DNA of 36,205 nt from contig JACQPS010000088.1 of the NCBI GenBank assembly GCA_016207445.1, positions 1 to 36,205 on the forward strand, read 5' to 3'. The stretch's first letter is position 1; the number at the start of each line of letters is the position of its first letter. The position numbers and the translations under genes were made by a program. This document shows positions 22,620 to 31,433 of the stretch, in pieces. The notes under the pieces are model-generated. The model searched no databases. It was not told the DNA's origin and saw nothing but the letters and a program-made list of their open reading frames with translations. This DNA comes from Gemmatimonadota bacterium. Lineage in GTDB: Bacteria > Gemmatimonadota > Gemmatimonadetes > Longimicrobiales > RSA9.

Positions 22620-24572
22620 ATGACCGAACCGCCGGATAGTCTACCGGCGATGGAAGCCGCGCCATCTCCGGACGTCGCACCCGCCGCGGCGGCCCCCTCT
22701 CCTTCCGGCACCGGGGCAGCACGGATCGCCGCCCCCTCGCTCGAGGTCAGCACGGAGCGAGAGCGGAGTCCGGACTACAAGCCGATCTCCGCGTACGGCA
22801 TCATCGGCGATATGCGCACGGCCGCGCTGGTCGGGACCGACGGGTCCATCGACTGGTGCTGCTTTCCCCGCTTCGACTCCGCCAGCCTGTTCGCAGCAAT
22901 TCTAGACCACGCGCGCGGCGGGCGCTTTCGCGTCACCCCTACGGCCTCCTACACCTCGCAGCAACGCTATCTGCCGGCCACGAACATCCTGGTCACCGCG
23001 TTTCACACGGACCAGGGTGGGGTGATCGAGCTCACGGACTTCATGCCGGCACTCGAGCCGGGACACGAGCTGTCGGCGTATCACGAGATCCATCGCCGGC
23101 TGCACTGCACGCGCGGGCGGGTCGAAGTCGAGATCGAGCTGCAGCCTCGCTTCGGGTACGCGCTCTCGCCGGTGGGCCTGTTTCCGCGAAGGAACGGGCT
23201 GCTCGCGACCGATCTGGAGGACGAGGCGGTCGCCGTCGCTTCGCTCCAGGACCTGTGGTGGCAGCTCGACGAGGGGAACGCGCGCGCCCACGCGATCCTG
23301 CGCATGAGCGCGGGCGACACCGCATGGGTCGTCCTGCGCTACGATGACGACGAGGTGCACCCCATCGCCGCGTACGACTCGCAGCGCAAGCTGGATGCGA
23401 CCGCGCTGCACTGGGACCGCTGGGTCGGACGTATCCGCTACCACGGGCCGTACCGGGCGGAGGTCGAGCGGAGCGCGCTCGCGTTGAAGCTGCTGTTCTA
23501 CGCGCCGACCGGCGGCGTGGTCGCCGCCGCGACGACATCGCTGCCGGAGCAGATCGGCGGGGTCCGGAACTGGGACTACCGTTACACATGGCTGCGCGAC
23601 GCGTCCTTCACGCTGAACGCGCTGCACGCGCTGGGGCAGCACGAGGAAGCCGACCGCTTCATGAATTACCTGAAGCGGGTGACGCGCAAGTCCGGCGAAT
23701 ACCTGCAAATCATGTACGGCCTGGCAGGCGAGCGCGACCTGCGGGAGCGGACGCTCGACCATCTCGAGGGATACCGCGGCTCCCGCCCCGTGCGCGCGGG
23801 GAACAGCGCGTTCGACCAGCTTCAGCTCGACGTCTACGGCGAAGTCCTGGAGACGGCGTACCGGTGGCACGAGAAGCACCCCATGACGGAGGGAGTGTGG
23901 TCCGTGCTGGCGCGGCTGGCGGACTGGGTCGCGGGGAACTGGCGGCGCAAGGACTCGAGCGTCTGGGAGGTGCGCACGGGCCAGCAGCACTACGTCTTCA
24001 GCAAGGTCATGTGCTGGGTCGCACTCGACCGGGCAACGCGCATGGCCGAGCGGCTGGGCCTGCCGGGCGATCTCGAGCGCTGGCGCCGCGAGCGGGAGGC
24101 CATTCACACCGAGGTGATGGAGCAGGGCTGGCACGCGGGGAAGCAATCGTTCGTGCAGTACTACGGCACGGAAGCGCTGGATGCGGCCAACCTGCTCGTT
24201 CCGGCCGTGGGGTTTCTGCCGCCGACCCACCCGCGGGTGAAAGGCACGATCGAGGCGACGCTGCGCGAGCTCACCAGCGAAGATCAAGAGCTCGTTTACC
24301 GCTACCGGAATCCGGACGGGCTCCCCGGTGGCGAGGGCGTCTTCTCGATCTGCACGTTCTGGCTGGCCGACGCGCTCATCCTCGCCGGCGACGCCGAACG
24401 AGGCGAGCGCATCTTCCGCCGCATGCTGCGGCACGCGAACCACCTGGGGCTGTACAGCGAAGAGATCGATGCCTATACCGGCGAGTTCCTCGGCAACTTC
24501 CCGCAGGCGTTCACGCACATCGCGTTGATCAACACGGCGCAACTCCTGGAATGGGCTCACGGACGTACCTGA
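22620..24572 (+). CDS. Glycoside hydrolase family 15 protein (glucoamylase/trehalase-like)
   Basis: ISAYGIIGDMRTAALVGTDGSIDWCCFPRFDS, NWDYRYTWLRDASFT, QLDVYGE, DSSVWEVR, YSEEID. The start could be ATG 22620 or 22650. Confidence 0.85.
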   Translation: MTEPPDSLPAMEAAPSPDVAPAAAAPSPSGTGAARIAAPSLEVSTERERSPDYKPISAYGIIGDMRTAALVGTDGSIDWCCFPRFDSASLFAAILDHARGGRFRVTPTASYTSQQRYLPATNILVTAFHTDQGGVIELTDFMPALEPGHELSAYHEIHRRLHCTRGRVEVEIELQPRFGYALSPVGLFPRRNGLLATDLEDEAVAVASLQDLWWQLDEGNARAHAILRMSAGDTAWVVLRYDDDEVHPIAAYDSQRKLDATALHWDRWVGRIRYHGPYRAEVERSALALKLLFYAPTGGVVAAATTSLPEQIGGVRNWDYRYTWLRDASFTLNALHALGQHEEADRFMNYLKRVTRKSGEYLQIMYGLAGERDLRERTLDHLEGYRGSRPVRAGNSAFDQLQLDVYGEVLETAYRWHEKHPMTEGVWSVLARLADWVAGNWRRKDSSVWEVRTGQQHYVFSKVMCWVALDRATRMAERLGLPGDLERWRREREAIHTEVMEQGWHAGKQSFVQYYGTEALDAANLLVPAVGFLPPTHPRVKGTIEATLRELTSEDQELVYRYRNPDGLPGGEGVFSICTFWLADALILAGDAERGERIFRRMLRHANHLGLYSEEIDAYTGEFLGNFPQAFTHIALINTAQLLEWAHGRT

Positions 24573-24604
24573 CCACCGCGGCGCACGCGGGGGCGAGGAC
24601 AGGG

Positions 24605-25534
24605 GTGAAACCGAGGGCGCGGGCGTGCGCGAGAAAGGCGAGCCGTGTCGCCCTGGCCGTGGTGGGCGCTGTGGGTGCTTGCGGCGGCGAGCGCAGTGAC
24701 CACGGCGCCGGAAATGCTCTCACGCTCGCCACCACTACCACGATCGAAGACTCGGGGCTCCTGTCGGTGCTGGATTCGGCGTTTCGGGCGAGCCCGCCGC
24801 AGGTGCGGCTACGCGTGATCGTGGCTGGCTCCGGCGAGGTGCTCGCGCTCGGACGGCGGCGCGATGTCGCTGTGCTGCTGACGCACGCGCCCGCGGCGGA
24901 ATCCGCCTTCGTCGCCGCGGGCTTTGCGGCCGAGCGCCGGCCGTTGATGTACAGCGAATTCGTGCTCGTGGGCCCGCCGAGCGACCCGGCGGGCGTGCGC
25001 GGGGAGCGGGATGCGGCCGCGGCCCTACGCCGCATCTCGTCGGCGCGCGCCCGCTTCGCTTCGCGGGGGGACGACAGCGGCACGCACCAGCGCGAGCTCG
25101 CGCTCTGGCGCGAGGCCGGCATCGGGGTCGAGCCCGGGCGCCCGCCGGCCGATTGGTACGCCGAGATCGGGCAGGGCATGGGCGAGACGCTGCGCATCGC
25201 GAGTGAAACGGAGGCCTACGCCCTGACGGACCGACCGACGTTCCTGGTCTTGCAGTCCGGTCTGCGCCTCGAGCTCCTGGTCGAGCCGGATCCGCCGCTC
25301 TGGAACCGCTACGCCGTCCTGGTGGTCGAAGGCGCGGCGAACATCGAGGCGGCGCGCGCGTTCGCCGACTGGCTCGCCTCGCCTGCCGCGCAGGAGTTAA
25401 TCCGGTCCTACGGCCGCGCTCGCTTCGGGCGGAGCCTGTTCATGCCGGGCGTGCCGGAGACCTCGCCCCAACACACGGGGCTCCAGTCCGAGCCCGAGCC
25501 CGAGTCCGATCCCGAGCCCGAGTCCGAACCCTAG
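24605..25534 (+). CDS. tupA: Tungstate ABC transporter substrate-binding lipoprotein (TupA-like) with acidic PE-repeat tail
   Basis: LATTTTIEDSGLLSVL...VIVAGSGEVLALGRRRDVAVLLTHAPAAESAFV...MYSEFVLVGPPSDPAG matches the TupA pattern. Lipobox GAC. GTG 24605 is preceded by GAGGA with a 5-nt spacer. The tail is SEPEPESDPEPESEP. Confidence 0.7.
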   Translation: MKPRARACARKASRVALAVVGAVGACGGERSDHGAGNALTLATTTTIEDSGLLSVLDSAFRASPPQVRLRVIVAGSGEVLALGRRRDVAVLLTHAPAAESAFVAAGFAAERRPLMYSEFVLVGPPSDPAGVRGERDAAAALRRISSARARFASRGDDSGTHQRELALWREAGIGVEPGRPPADWYAEIGQGMGETLRIASETEAYALTDRPTFLVLQSGLRLELLVEPDPPLWNRYAVLVVEGAANIEAARAFADWLASPAAQELIRSYGRARFGRSLFMPGVPETSPQHTGLQSEPEPESDPEPESEP

Positions 25535-25567
25535 CCCTACGTCCAGTCACAGCCGTAATTTGCAGTT

Positions 25568-26302
25568 ATGGACGTCTTCCTGGAGGCCGCCCGCGAGGCG
25601 GCCCGCCTGCTCTTTTCCGGCGACAGCTACGTCCGGGACATCCTCGGCCTCTCGCTGCGCGTCTCGGGCACGGCCGTGCTGGTGGGGGTACTGATCGGCA
25701 TCCCGGTCGGCGTGGCGGTCGGGATCGGGCGCTTCCCCGGCCGTCAGCTCGTGGTGGCGCTGATCCACACCGGGTTCGCGCTGCCGCCCGTCGTGGTGGG
25801 TCTCTTCGTCTACATGCTGCTGTCGCGCGAGGGCCCGGCCGGCGCGCTGGAGTTGCTCTTCACGCCGACCGCAATGGTGCTCGCACAAGCGCTGCTCGCC
25901 TCGCCCTACGTGGCGGGCATCACGCTGGCCGCGGTCCAGGCGGTGCCGTCCGACGTGCGGCTCGAGGCGCGCGCGCTGGGCGCGACGCGCGTGCAGGCGC
26001 TGTGGGCGCACCTGCGCGAGGCGAGGCTCGGTCTGGGTGCGGCGGTGGTCGCGGGCTTCGGCGCGGTGCTCTCCGAGGTCGGCGCGGTCATGATGGTCGG
26101 CGGCAATATCCTGGGCGAGACGCGCGTGATGACCACGGCCATCGTGCTGGAGACGCGGCGCGGGCGCTACGGCACGGCGCTGGCGCTGGGGCTCGTCCTG
26201 CTCGCCGTCGCTTTCACGGTGAACCTGATCCTGACTCGCCTGCAGCAGGGCCGTCAGGCGGCCGTCTGGTCGACGGCAGGAGTGGAGCGGCCGTGGGCGT
26301 GA
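25568..26302 (+). CDS. tupB: ABC transporter permease (TupB-like)
   Basis: 244 aa with 5-6 TM segments and an EAA-like loop (LEARALGATRVQALWAHLREAR). Confidence 0.75.
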   Translation: MDVFLEAAREAARLLFSGDSYVRDILGLSLRVSGTAVLVGVLIGIPVGVAVGIGRFPGRQLVVALIHTGFALPPVVVGLFVYMLLSREGPAGALELLFTPTAMVLAQALLASPYVAGITLAAVQAVPSDVRLEARALGATRVQALWAHLREARLGLGAAVVAGFGAVLSEVGAVMMVGGNILGETRVMTTAIVLETRRGRYGTALALGLVLLAVAFTVNLILTRLQQGRQAAVWSTAGVERPWA

Positions 26303-27471
26303 TGGCGACGCCGGCGCCCGCACCCGCCCGCGCCGACCGACCGCCGCTCGCGCCGTCGCAGCCGCTGCTGCGGGCGGAATCGCTCCAGCGCCGCTACGGC
26401 GGGCGCGCGGTCATCGACGTGGCGGAGCTCGAGGTCGCGGCCGGCGAAGTCCTTGCCATCCTCGGTCCCAACGGCGCGGGCAAGTCCACGCTCTTCCGCT
26501 TGCTGCTGCTGATCGAGAAGCCGGACGCGGGGCGCATCCTGTTCGAAGGGCGCGCGGTCCAGCCGGGCGATCGCGCGGTCTCGCGCAGGCTCGCCGGAGT
26601 GTTCCAGCGGCCGCACCTCTTCACGGGCAGCGTTCGGGAGAACGTCGGCTACGGGTTGCGCGTGCGGGGCGTGTCGCGGCCGGAGCGGGCGCGGCGCGTG
26701 GCGGACGCGTTGGCGTGGCTCGGGCTCGAAGCCCACGCCGGCGCGCCAGTCCATGCGCTCTCGGGCGGCGAGGCGCAGCGGGTGGCGCTCGCGCGCGCAC
26801 TGGCGCTCGAGCCCGAGCTGCTACTGCTGGACGAACCCACGGCCAACCTGGACATCACGGTGCGCCGGCGCTTCCGCGAGGACCTGGAGCGGCTCGCCCG
26901 CACTCACGCGCGCGCAGCGATCCTGATCACGCACGATCCCGGAGACGCGTTCGCGCTGGCGGACCGCATCGCGGTGCTACACGAGGGGCGCATCGTTCAG
27001 GTCGGAGCACCGGACGAGCTCGTGCTGCACCCTGCGACGCCGTTCGTGGCCGCGTTCACCGGCGCGGAGCTGCTGCTGGACGGCAGTGTCTCCGGCAAGG
27101 AGGACGGGCTCGTGCTGGTCGAGCTGAAGGGAGGCACCCGGCTGGTCGTGGCCGAGGCCGCGCAAGGAGGCGTGGCCCTCGGAGCCCGGGTGCACGTGGC
27201 CTACCGGCCGGAAGACGTGCTGCTCGCCGCCGCAGACGCCGCCGAAACGAGCGCGCAGAACCGGTTCCTGCTGCGCGTGACCGCGCTGAACCCGGCGGGC
27301 GGGCTGGTGCGGGTGCGCCTCCAGGGCGACGCGACTTCGCTCGCGGCAGGCGTCGCGCTGACGGCGCTCGTGACGCGGCGCGGCGCGGACACGCTCGGCC
27401 TCGCGCCGGGTCGCGATGTGCTCGCGCAGCTCAAGGCGACGGCGTTGCGGGCCTTCGCCGCCCCGCGCTGA
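26302..27471 (+). CDS. tupC: ABC transporter ATP-binding protein with C-terminal TOBE/Mop-like domain (TupC-like)
   Basis: Walker A GPNGAGKST, signature LSGGEAQRV, Walker B LLLLDEP, H-loop ITHD. The C-terminal barrel is NRFLLRVTALNPAGGLVRVRL...LKATALRAF. The ATG overlaps the tupB TGA (TGATG). Confidence 0.8.
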   Translation: MATPAPAPARADRPPLAPSQPLLRAESLQRRYGGRAVIDVAELEVAAGEVLAILGPNGAGKSTLFRLLLLIEKPDAGRILFEGRAVQPGDRAVSRRLAGVFQRPHLFTGSVRENVGYGLRVRGVSRPERARRVADALAWLGLEAHAGAPVHALSGGEAQRVALARALALEPELLLLDEPTANLDITVRRRFREDLERLARTHARAAILITHDPGDAFALADRIAVLHEGRIVQVGAPDELVLHPATPFVAAFTGAELLLDGSVSGKEDGLVLVELKGGTRLVVAEAAQGGVALGARVHVAYRPEDVLLAAADAAETSAQNRFLLRVTALNPAGGLVRVRLQGDATSLAAGVALTALVTRRGADTLGLAPGRDVLAQLKATALRAFAAPR

Positions 27472-27477
27472 CCGCCG

Positions 27478-28302
27478 CTACCCGTGCTCGAAGCCGCCCT
27501 CGAAGCCTTCCCTGCGCGCCGCCGTCTGCGGAACGTGGATGTCATCTCGGGGGACGTCGGTACGCACGGTCAGGTTGTTGATCACGCCGCGCACGCCGGG
27601 GCTTTCCCAGGCGTCATCCCAGGCATAGCGTGCTTCCATGAAGTCGTCCACTTCGCCCGTGAGCGTGACGACGCCGTTCTCGACCACGACGTCGACGCGC
27701 TCGGGGTCGATCCAGCCATCCTGGAACAGGTTCTCCAGCACCGCCTCGCGGAGCTCGCGATCGTCCAGCTCGCGCTCGTCGAGCGCGTGGCCGATGCCGG
27801 GCCAGCGATCCGGCGGCGTGTGGCCGTAGCGCGGATGCTCGAGACCGCGGCCGAATTCGGCGCCGTAACCCATTTGGACGCGCTCGCGCTCGCCCCAGCC
27901 GCCCATGAAACGGCCGCGGTACTCGTCGGACACGTGCCCGCGGCGGCCGAGCGCGGCGCGCCCGCGCGCCCGGCGGAAGCCGGGCGCGGTGCGGCGGTAC
28001 TCGAAGCCGTACCAGGTCCGGAAGCCCTCGGGCCGCCTCATCTCCCAATCGTAGCGCCCGGGGTAGCCACGCTCGCGCCCCCATTCGAGGCCGCCTTCGT
28101 AGACGCGCTCGCTGCCGCCGTAATCGATGCCGTAGCCGGGCGCCCACCTGCCGACGCGCCGCCCGCGGTAACCGGGCATACGCGCGAGCCTGCGCTGCTC
28201 GCCGCCGAATCGGCCGCGTCGGCCGACCCAGCCATACCCCGGCTCCCCGGTGCGCCAGCTGCCGGAGCGCTCGCCGCGGAATTCCCTGCCGTATCGCGCC
28301 AT
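27478..28302 (-). CDS. BON-domain protein with a 170-aa Arg/Gly/Tyr/Trp-rich low-complexity N-terminal region
   Basis: C-terminal RVDVVVENGVVTLTGEVDDFMEARYAWDDAWESPGVRGVINNLTV is BON-like. The N-terminus is rich in RG, GY, GW and ER dipeptides. ATG 28302 is preceded by GAGGAGGAG with a 6-nt spacer. Confidence 0.65.
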   Translation of the reverse strand: MARYGREFRGERSGSWRTGEPGYGWVGRRGRFGGEQRRLARMPGYRGRRVGRWAPGYGIDYGGSERVYEGGLEWGRERGYPGRYDWEMRRPEGFRTWYGFEYRRTAPGFRRARGRAALGRRGHVSDEYRGRFMGGWGERERVQMGYGAEFGRGLEHPRYGHTPPDRWPGIGHALDERELDDRELREAVLENLFQDGWIDPERVDVVVENGVVTLTGEVDDFMEARYAWDDAWESPGVRGVINNLTVRTDVPRDDIHVPQTAARREGFEGGFEHG

Positions 28303-28449
28303 CTCCCACTCCTCCTCGAAAGACGCCCGCGCTCACCTGCCCGTGGCCGTGGCCCCTGCCCGTGCCCTCGTATCCGCGTCCCTTGTGCAGGCGCGCAACA
28401 TCAATGCCCGTGGCTGCGCGACAGGGCTGCGCGTCGCCACGGCCCCGCC

Positions 28450-28455
28450 TATATT
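28450..28455 (+). promoter_or_regulatory. -10-like TATATT 8 nt upstream of the fdhD ATG
   Basis: cc-TATATT-tgcggcgc-ATG with no SD. The same TATATT hexamer sits 9 nt before the acpS ATG. No convincing -35. Confidence 0.3.
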
Positions 28456-28463
28456 TGCGGCGC

Positions 28464-29207
28464 ATGGGCCCGCGCGTCGCCCCCGTGGAGGAAGCGCCGT
28501 TCCGTCTGGAAGTCAACGGCGAGCGTCTGGGCGTGTGGACGTGCACGCCCGAGCAACTGGAGGCGTTCGCGGCCGGTCGTCTGTGGACGGAGGGGTATGC
28601 CGCCGCCTCCGGCGATTTCCTCTCCATCCAGGTGCGGGAAGAGAGCGGCATCTACGTCGCACGCGCGCGCGTGCCTCCCGCCCGCTTCGCTCTTGCCCAG
28701 CGCGAGCGGCAGGAGCGCGCGGCGCACGGCTGCGGACCGCTGCACTACCTGCGTTGCGCCCCGGAGCTGCTGCGCCAGCGACGTCGCCTCCTGCCGTTGC
28801 CGCCGCTGGAAACCTTTCCCGAGCTCTTCCGTGCGCTCTACGCGGCGGCAGACCGTTACCAGGACACCGGCGGCGTCCATGCCGCGGCACTGACGGATGG
28901 AAAGCGGCTGCGGTTCCAGGCGGAGGACGTGGGGCGGCACAATGTGGTCGATAAAGTCATCGGGGCGGCGCTGCTCACCGGACAGGATCCGTGCCGGCTG
29001 GGCCTCGTGCTGAGCGCGCGCGTGAGTGCCGATATCGCCCTGAAATGCGCGCGCGCCGGCATCGCCTGGGTCGCCAGCCGATCCATTCCGACCTCGCTGG
29101 CGGTCGAAATCGCACAGGCGGGTGCGCTGCCCCTGGTCGCGCGCGCGGCGGGAAAAGAGGCGCGCGTGTTCGCGGCCGAACCCGGCCCGCTCGAGCCGGC
29201 CCGGTGA
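28464..29207 (+). CDS. fdhD: FdhD-family sulfurtransferase (formate dehydrogenase/Mo-bisPGD enzyme accessory protein)
   Basis: GGVHAAAL...EDVGRHNVVDKVIGAALL...LVLSARVSADIALKCARAGIAWVASRSIPTSLAVEIA. The usual CxxC loop is not obvious. Confidence 0.8.
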   Translation: MGPRVAPVEEAPFRLEVNGERLGVWTCTPEQLEAFAAGRLWTEGYAAASGDFLSIQVREESGIYVARARVPPARFALAQRERQERAAHGCGPLHYLRCAPELLRQRRRLLPLPPLETFPELFRALYAAADRYQDTGGVHAAALTDGKRLRFQAEDVGRHNVVDKVIGAALLTGQDPCRLGLVLSARVSADIALKCARAGIAWVASRSIPTSLAVEIAQAGALPLVARAAGKEARVFAAEPGPLEPAR

Positions 29208-29247
29208 GCGGGCCCGCCCGTCGTCGTCCGAATCCGGGAGGAGCCGA

Positions 29248-29952
29248 GTGACGCTGCACCCGCCCTTCGGCGCCATCATGGCCGGCGGAGAAAATCGCCG
29301 CTACGGCAGTCACAAGGCGCTCGCCCAGATCGCGGGCGAGCGCATCGTGGAACGCGTGCAGCGCGCGCTTCGGGCCGTCACGCCGGACCTGGTGCTCATC
29401 ACGAACGAGCCCGAGGTCTATGCTCCCCTGGGCCTGCCCATGCGCAGCGACCTCCTGCCCGGGCTGGGCGTCCTGGGCGGGATCTACACTGCGCTCATGT
29501 GGGCGCTGCAAGAAGGACGGCCCGGCATCCTCGCGGTCGCCTGCGACATGCCGTTCGTGAACCCGCTGCTGCTGAGCCGGCTGCTGGGCGAGGGCTATGC
29601 GGCGGACGTGGTGGCGCCGGAGAGCCCGGGCCCGCGCGGCCTCGAGCCACTGTGCGCCTTCTACGGCACGCGCTGCGTCGATCCGATCGAGGCGGCGCTC
29701 GCGCGCGGAAACAAGGAGATCATCGGTTTTTTCGACAAGGTCCGCGTGCACCGCCTGCCACTCGACGAGGTGCAGCTGTACGGCGAGCCGGAGGTGCTGT
29801 TTCTGAATGTGAACACACCGGAGGAGCGGGAACGCGCCGAGCAGATCGCCGCGAGGCTGGCGGCCAAGGCGCCGTCGGGGCCGGGCGCCGCCGTGCGCGC
29901 GCCGGGGGCCGTCGCCTCGGCGCCCGCCCCCGCTCCCGGCCAGCATGGCTGA
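29248..29952 (+). CDS. mobA: Molybdenum cofactor guanylyltransferase
   Basis: GAIMAGGENRRYG, GVLGGIYTAL, ILAVACDMPFV. GTG 29248 is preceded by GGGAGGAG with a 4-nt spacer. The 3' end overlaps the moeA start by 8 nt. Confidence 0.78.
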   Translation: MTLHPPFGAIMAGGENRRYGSHKALAQIAGERIVERVQRALRAVTPDLVLITNEPEVYAPLGLPMRSDLLPGLGVLGGIYTALMWALQEGRPGILAVACDMPFVNPLLLSRLLGEGYAADVVAPESPGPRGLEPLCAFYGTRCVDPIEAALARGNKEIIGFFDKVRVHRLPLDEVQLYGEPEVLFLNVNTPEERERAEQIAARLAAKAPSGPGAAVRAPGAVASAPAPAPGQHG

Positions 29953-31324
29953 GCAGGTCGCGCGCGCCGCCGACTGGCTGACCATTCACGAGGCGCTCGC
30001 GCGCATCCTGGACAGCGTCCGGCCTCTCCCGCCCGAGAACGTTCCCCTGCTCGAGGCCGTCGGACGCACCCTCGCCGAAGACGTCGTCTCGCCCATCGAC
30101 CACCCGCCCTGGGACAACAGCGCCATGGACGGCTACGCCGCCCGTGCCCAGGACGTGCGCGGGGCCGGCAGCGCCACGCCGGTCGTGCTCCGGCTGCTGG
30201 AGGAGGTGCCCGCCGGTGGCTTCCCCACCCGCCCGCTCGGTGCCGGCGAAACCACCAAGATCATGACGGGAGCCCCCATCCCCGACGGGGCCGATTCGGT
30301 GATCCGTCTCGAGCATACCCGGCAGGAGGGTGACCGCGTGGTCGTGCTCGCCGACACCGACGCCGGCCGCAACCTGCGCCGGCGCGGCGAGGACCTGCGC
30401 GCTGGCGCCCGCCTGTTCGCCGCCGGGCGAGTGCTGCGCGGCGGAGAGATCGGCGTGCTCGCCGCCTGCGGGCGCCCCCACGTCCGCGTCCACCGCCGCC
30501 CCCGCGTCGCCATTCTGTCGACCGGCGACGAGCTCGTCGACCTGGACCGCTTCGACGAGGCCCGCGCCGGCCGCAAGATCGTCAACTCCAATTCCTACGC
30601 TCTGGCCGCTTCCGTGCTGGCCAGCGGCTGCACCCCCGTGCTCCTGGGCATCGCCCGCGATGAGCGCACGGATCTCCGGGAGCACCTGCAGCGCGCCTTC
30701 GCCGCCGACGTGCTCGTCACCAGCGCCGGCGCCAGCGTCGGGGAGCACGACCTGGTCAAAGATGTGCTCCGGGAGCTCGGCTTCCGGCTCGACTTCTGGC
30801 GAGTCAGGATCCGGCCGGGCAGCCCGTTCTCGTTCGGCATGCTCCCGCGGCCCAGCGCCACCGCGCCAGCGCGCACACCTGCTCCGGCCGTTCCCGCCGC
30901 CGCAGCCGTGCCCACGCCGGAGCATACGCCAGACTATGCTCCGCAGGCGCTGCCCGTGTTCGGGCTGCCCGGAAACCCGGTCTCGGCGCTGGTCACCTTC
31001 CAGGTGCTGGTGCGCCCGGCGCTCCGGCGCATGCTCGGCCGGCGGGCGCTGCACAACGTCACCTTGCGCGTGCGGGCGGCCGAACGCATCACGACCCGCC
31101 CCGGGCTGGTCCAGTTCCTCCGGGCTCGCCTCGAGCCGGACCCGGCAGGCCGTTGGCAGGCCCGTCTCACCGGCCCGCAGGGGTCGGGGATCCAGCTGTC
31201 GATGGCACTGGCGGATGCGCTCCTGATCCTCCCCGAGGACGCGGAAGTGGTGGAAGCCGGGCAGGAGCTCCTGGCCATGCCGCTTTGGCCCGTGGACGCG
31301 GCGTCGGAGCCGCTGCCTCCGTGA
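29945..31324 (+). CDS. moeA: Molybdopterin molybdotransferase
   Basis: PPWDNSAMDGYA, KIMTGAPIPDGADSV, ILSTGDEL, NSNSYALAA, VTSAGASVGEHD, FGLPGNPVSALVTF. It contains a Pro/Ala-rich insertion of about 36 aa before FGLPGNP. Confidence 0.88.
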   Translation: MAEQVARAADWLTIHEALARILDSVRPLPPENVPLLEAVGRTLAEDVVSPIDHPPWDNSAMDGYAARAQDVRGAGSATPVVLRLLEEVPAGGFPTRPLGAGETTKIMTGAPIPDGADSVIRLEHTRQEGDRVVVLADTDAGRNLRRRGEDLRAGARLFAAGRVLRGGEIGVLAACGRPHVRVHRRPRVAILSTGDELVDLDRFDEARAGRKIVNSNSYALAASVLASGCTPVLLGIARDERTDLREHLQRAFAADVLVTSAGASVGEHDLVKDVLRELGFRLDFWRVRIRPGSPFSFGMLPRPSATAPARTPAPAVPAAAAVPTPEHTPDYAPQALPVFGLPGNPVSALVTFQVLVRPALRRMLGRRALHNVTLRVRAAERITTRPGLVQFLRARLEPDPAGRWQARLTGPQGSGIQLSMALADALLILPEDAEVVEAGQELLAMPLWPVDAASEPLPP

Positions 31325-31433
31325 TTCAAACGTCTGTTTGCAGCCCGGCCGCCGCGCGGCGGTAGCGCGCCCCCCGCCCCTCCCCCCATAATAGCCCAAT
31401 AGCCCCGCTTTTCCGACCCGACGTGAAGGTGGC

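Noticed and set aside
22902-24560. 552-aa minus-strand ORF opposite the GH15 gene, and the 648-aa plus ORF 23588..25534 upstream of tupA
   Set aside because: The GH15 motifs lie in the 22620 frame. In ORF 23588..25534 only the part from GTG 24605 (lipobox plus TupA motifs) is credible. The rest is an out-of-frame overlap with GH15.
24573-24604. Moco/Wco riboswitch upstream of tupA or the fdhD-mobA-moeA genes
   Set aside because: The spacers are too short (32 nt before tupA; the fdhD ATG is 8 nt from a -10-like hexamer) to hold the Moco RNA motif of about 130 nt.
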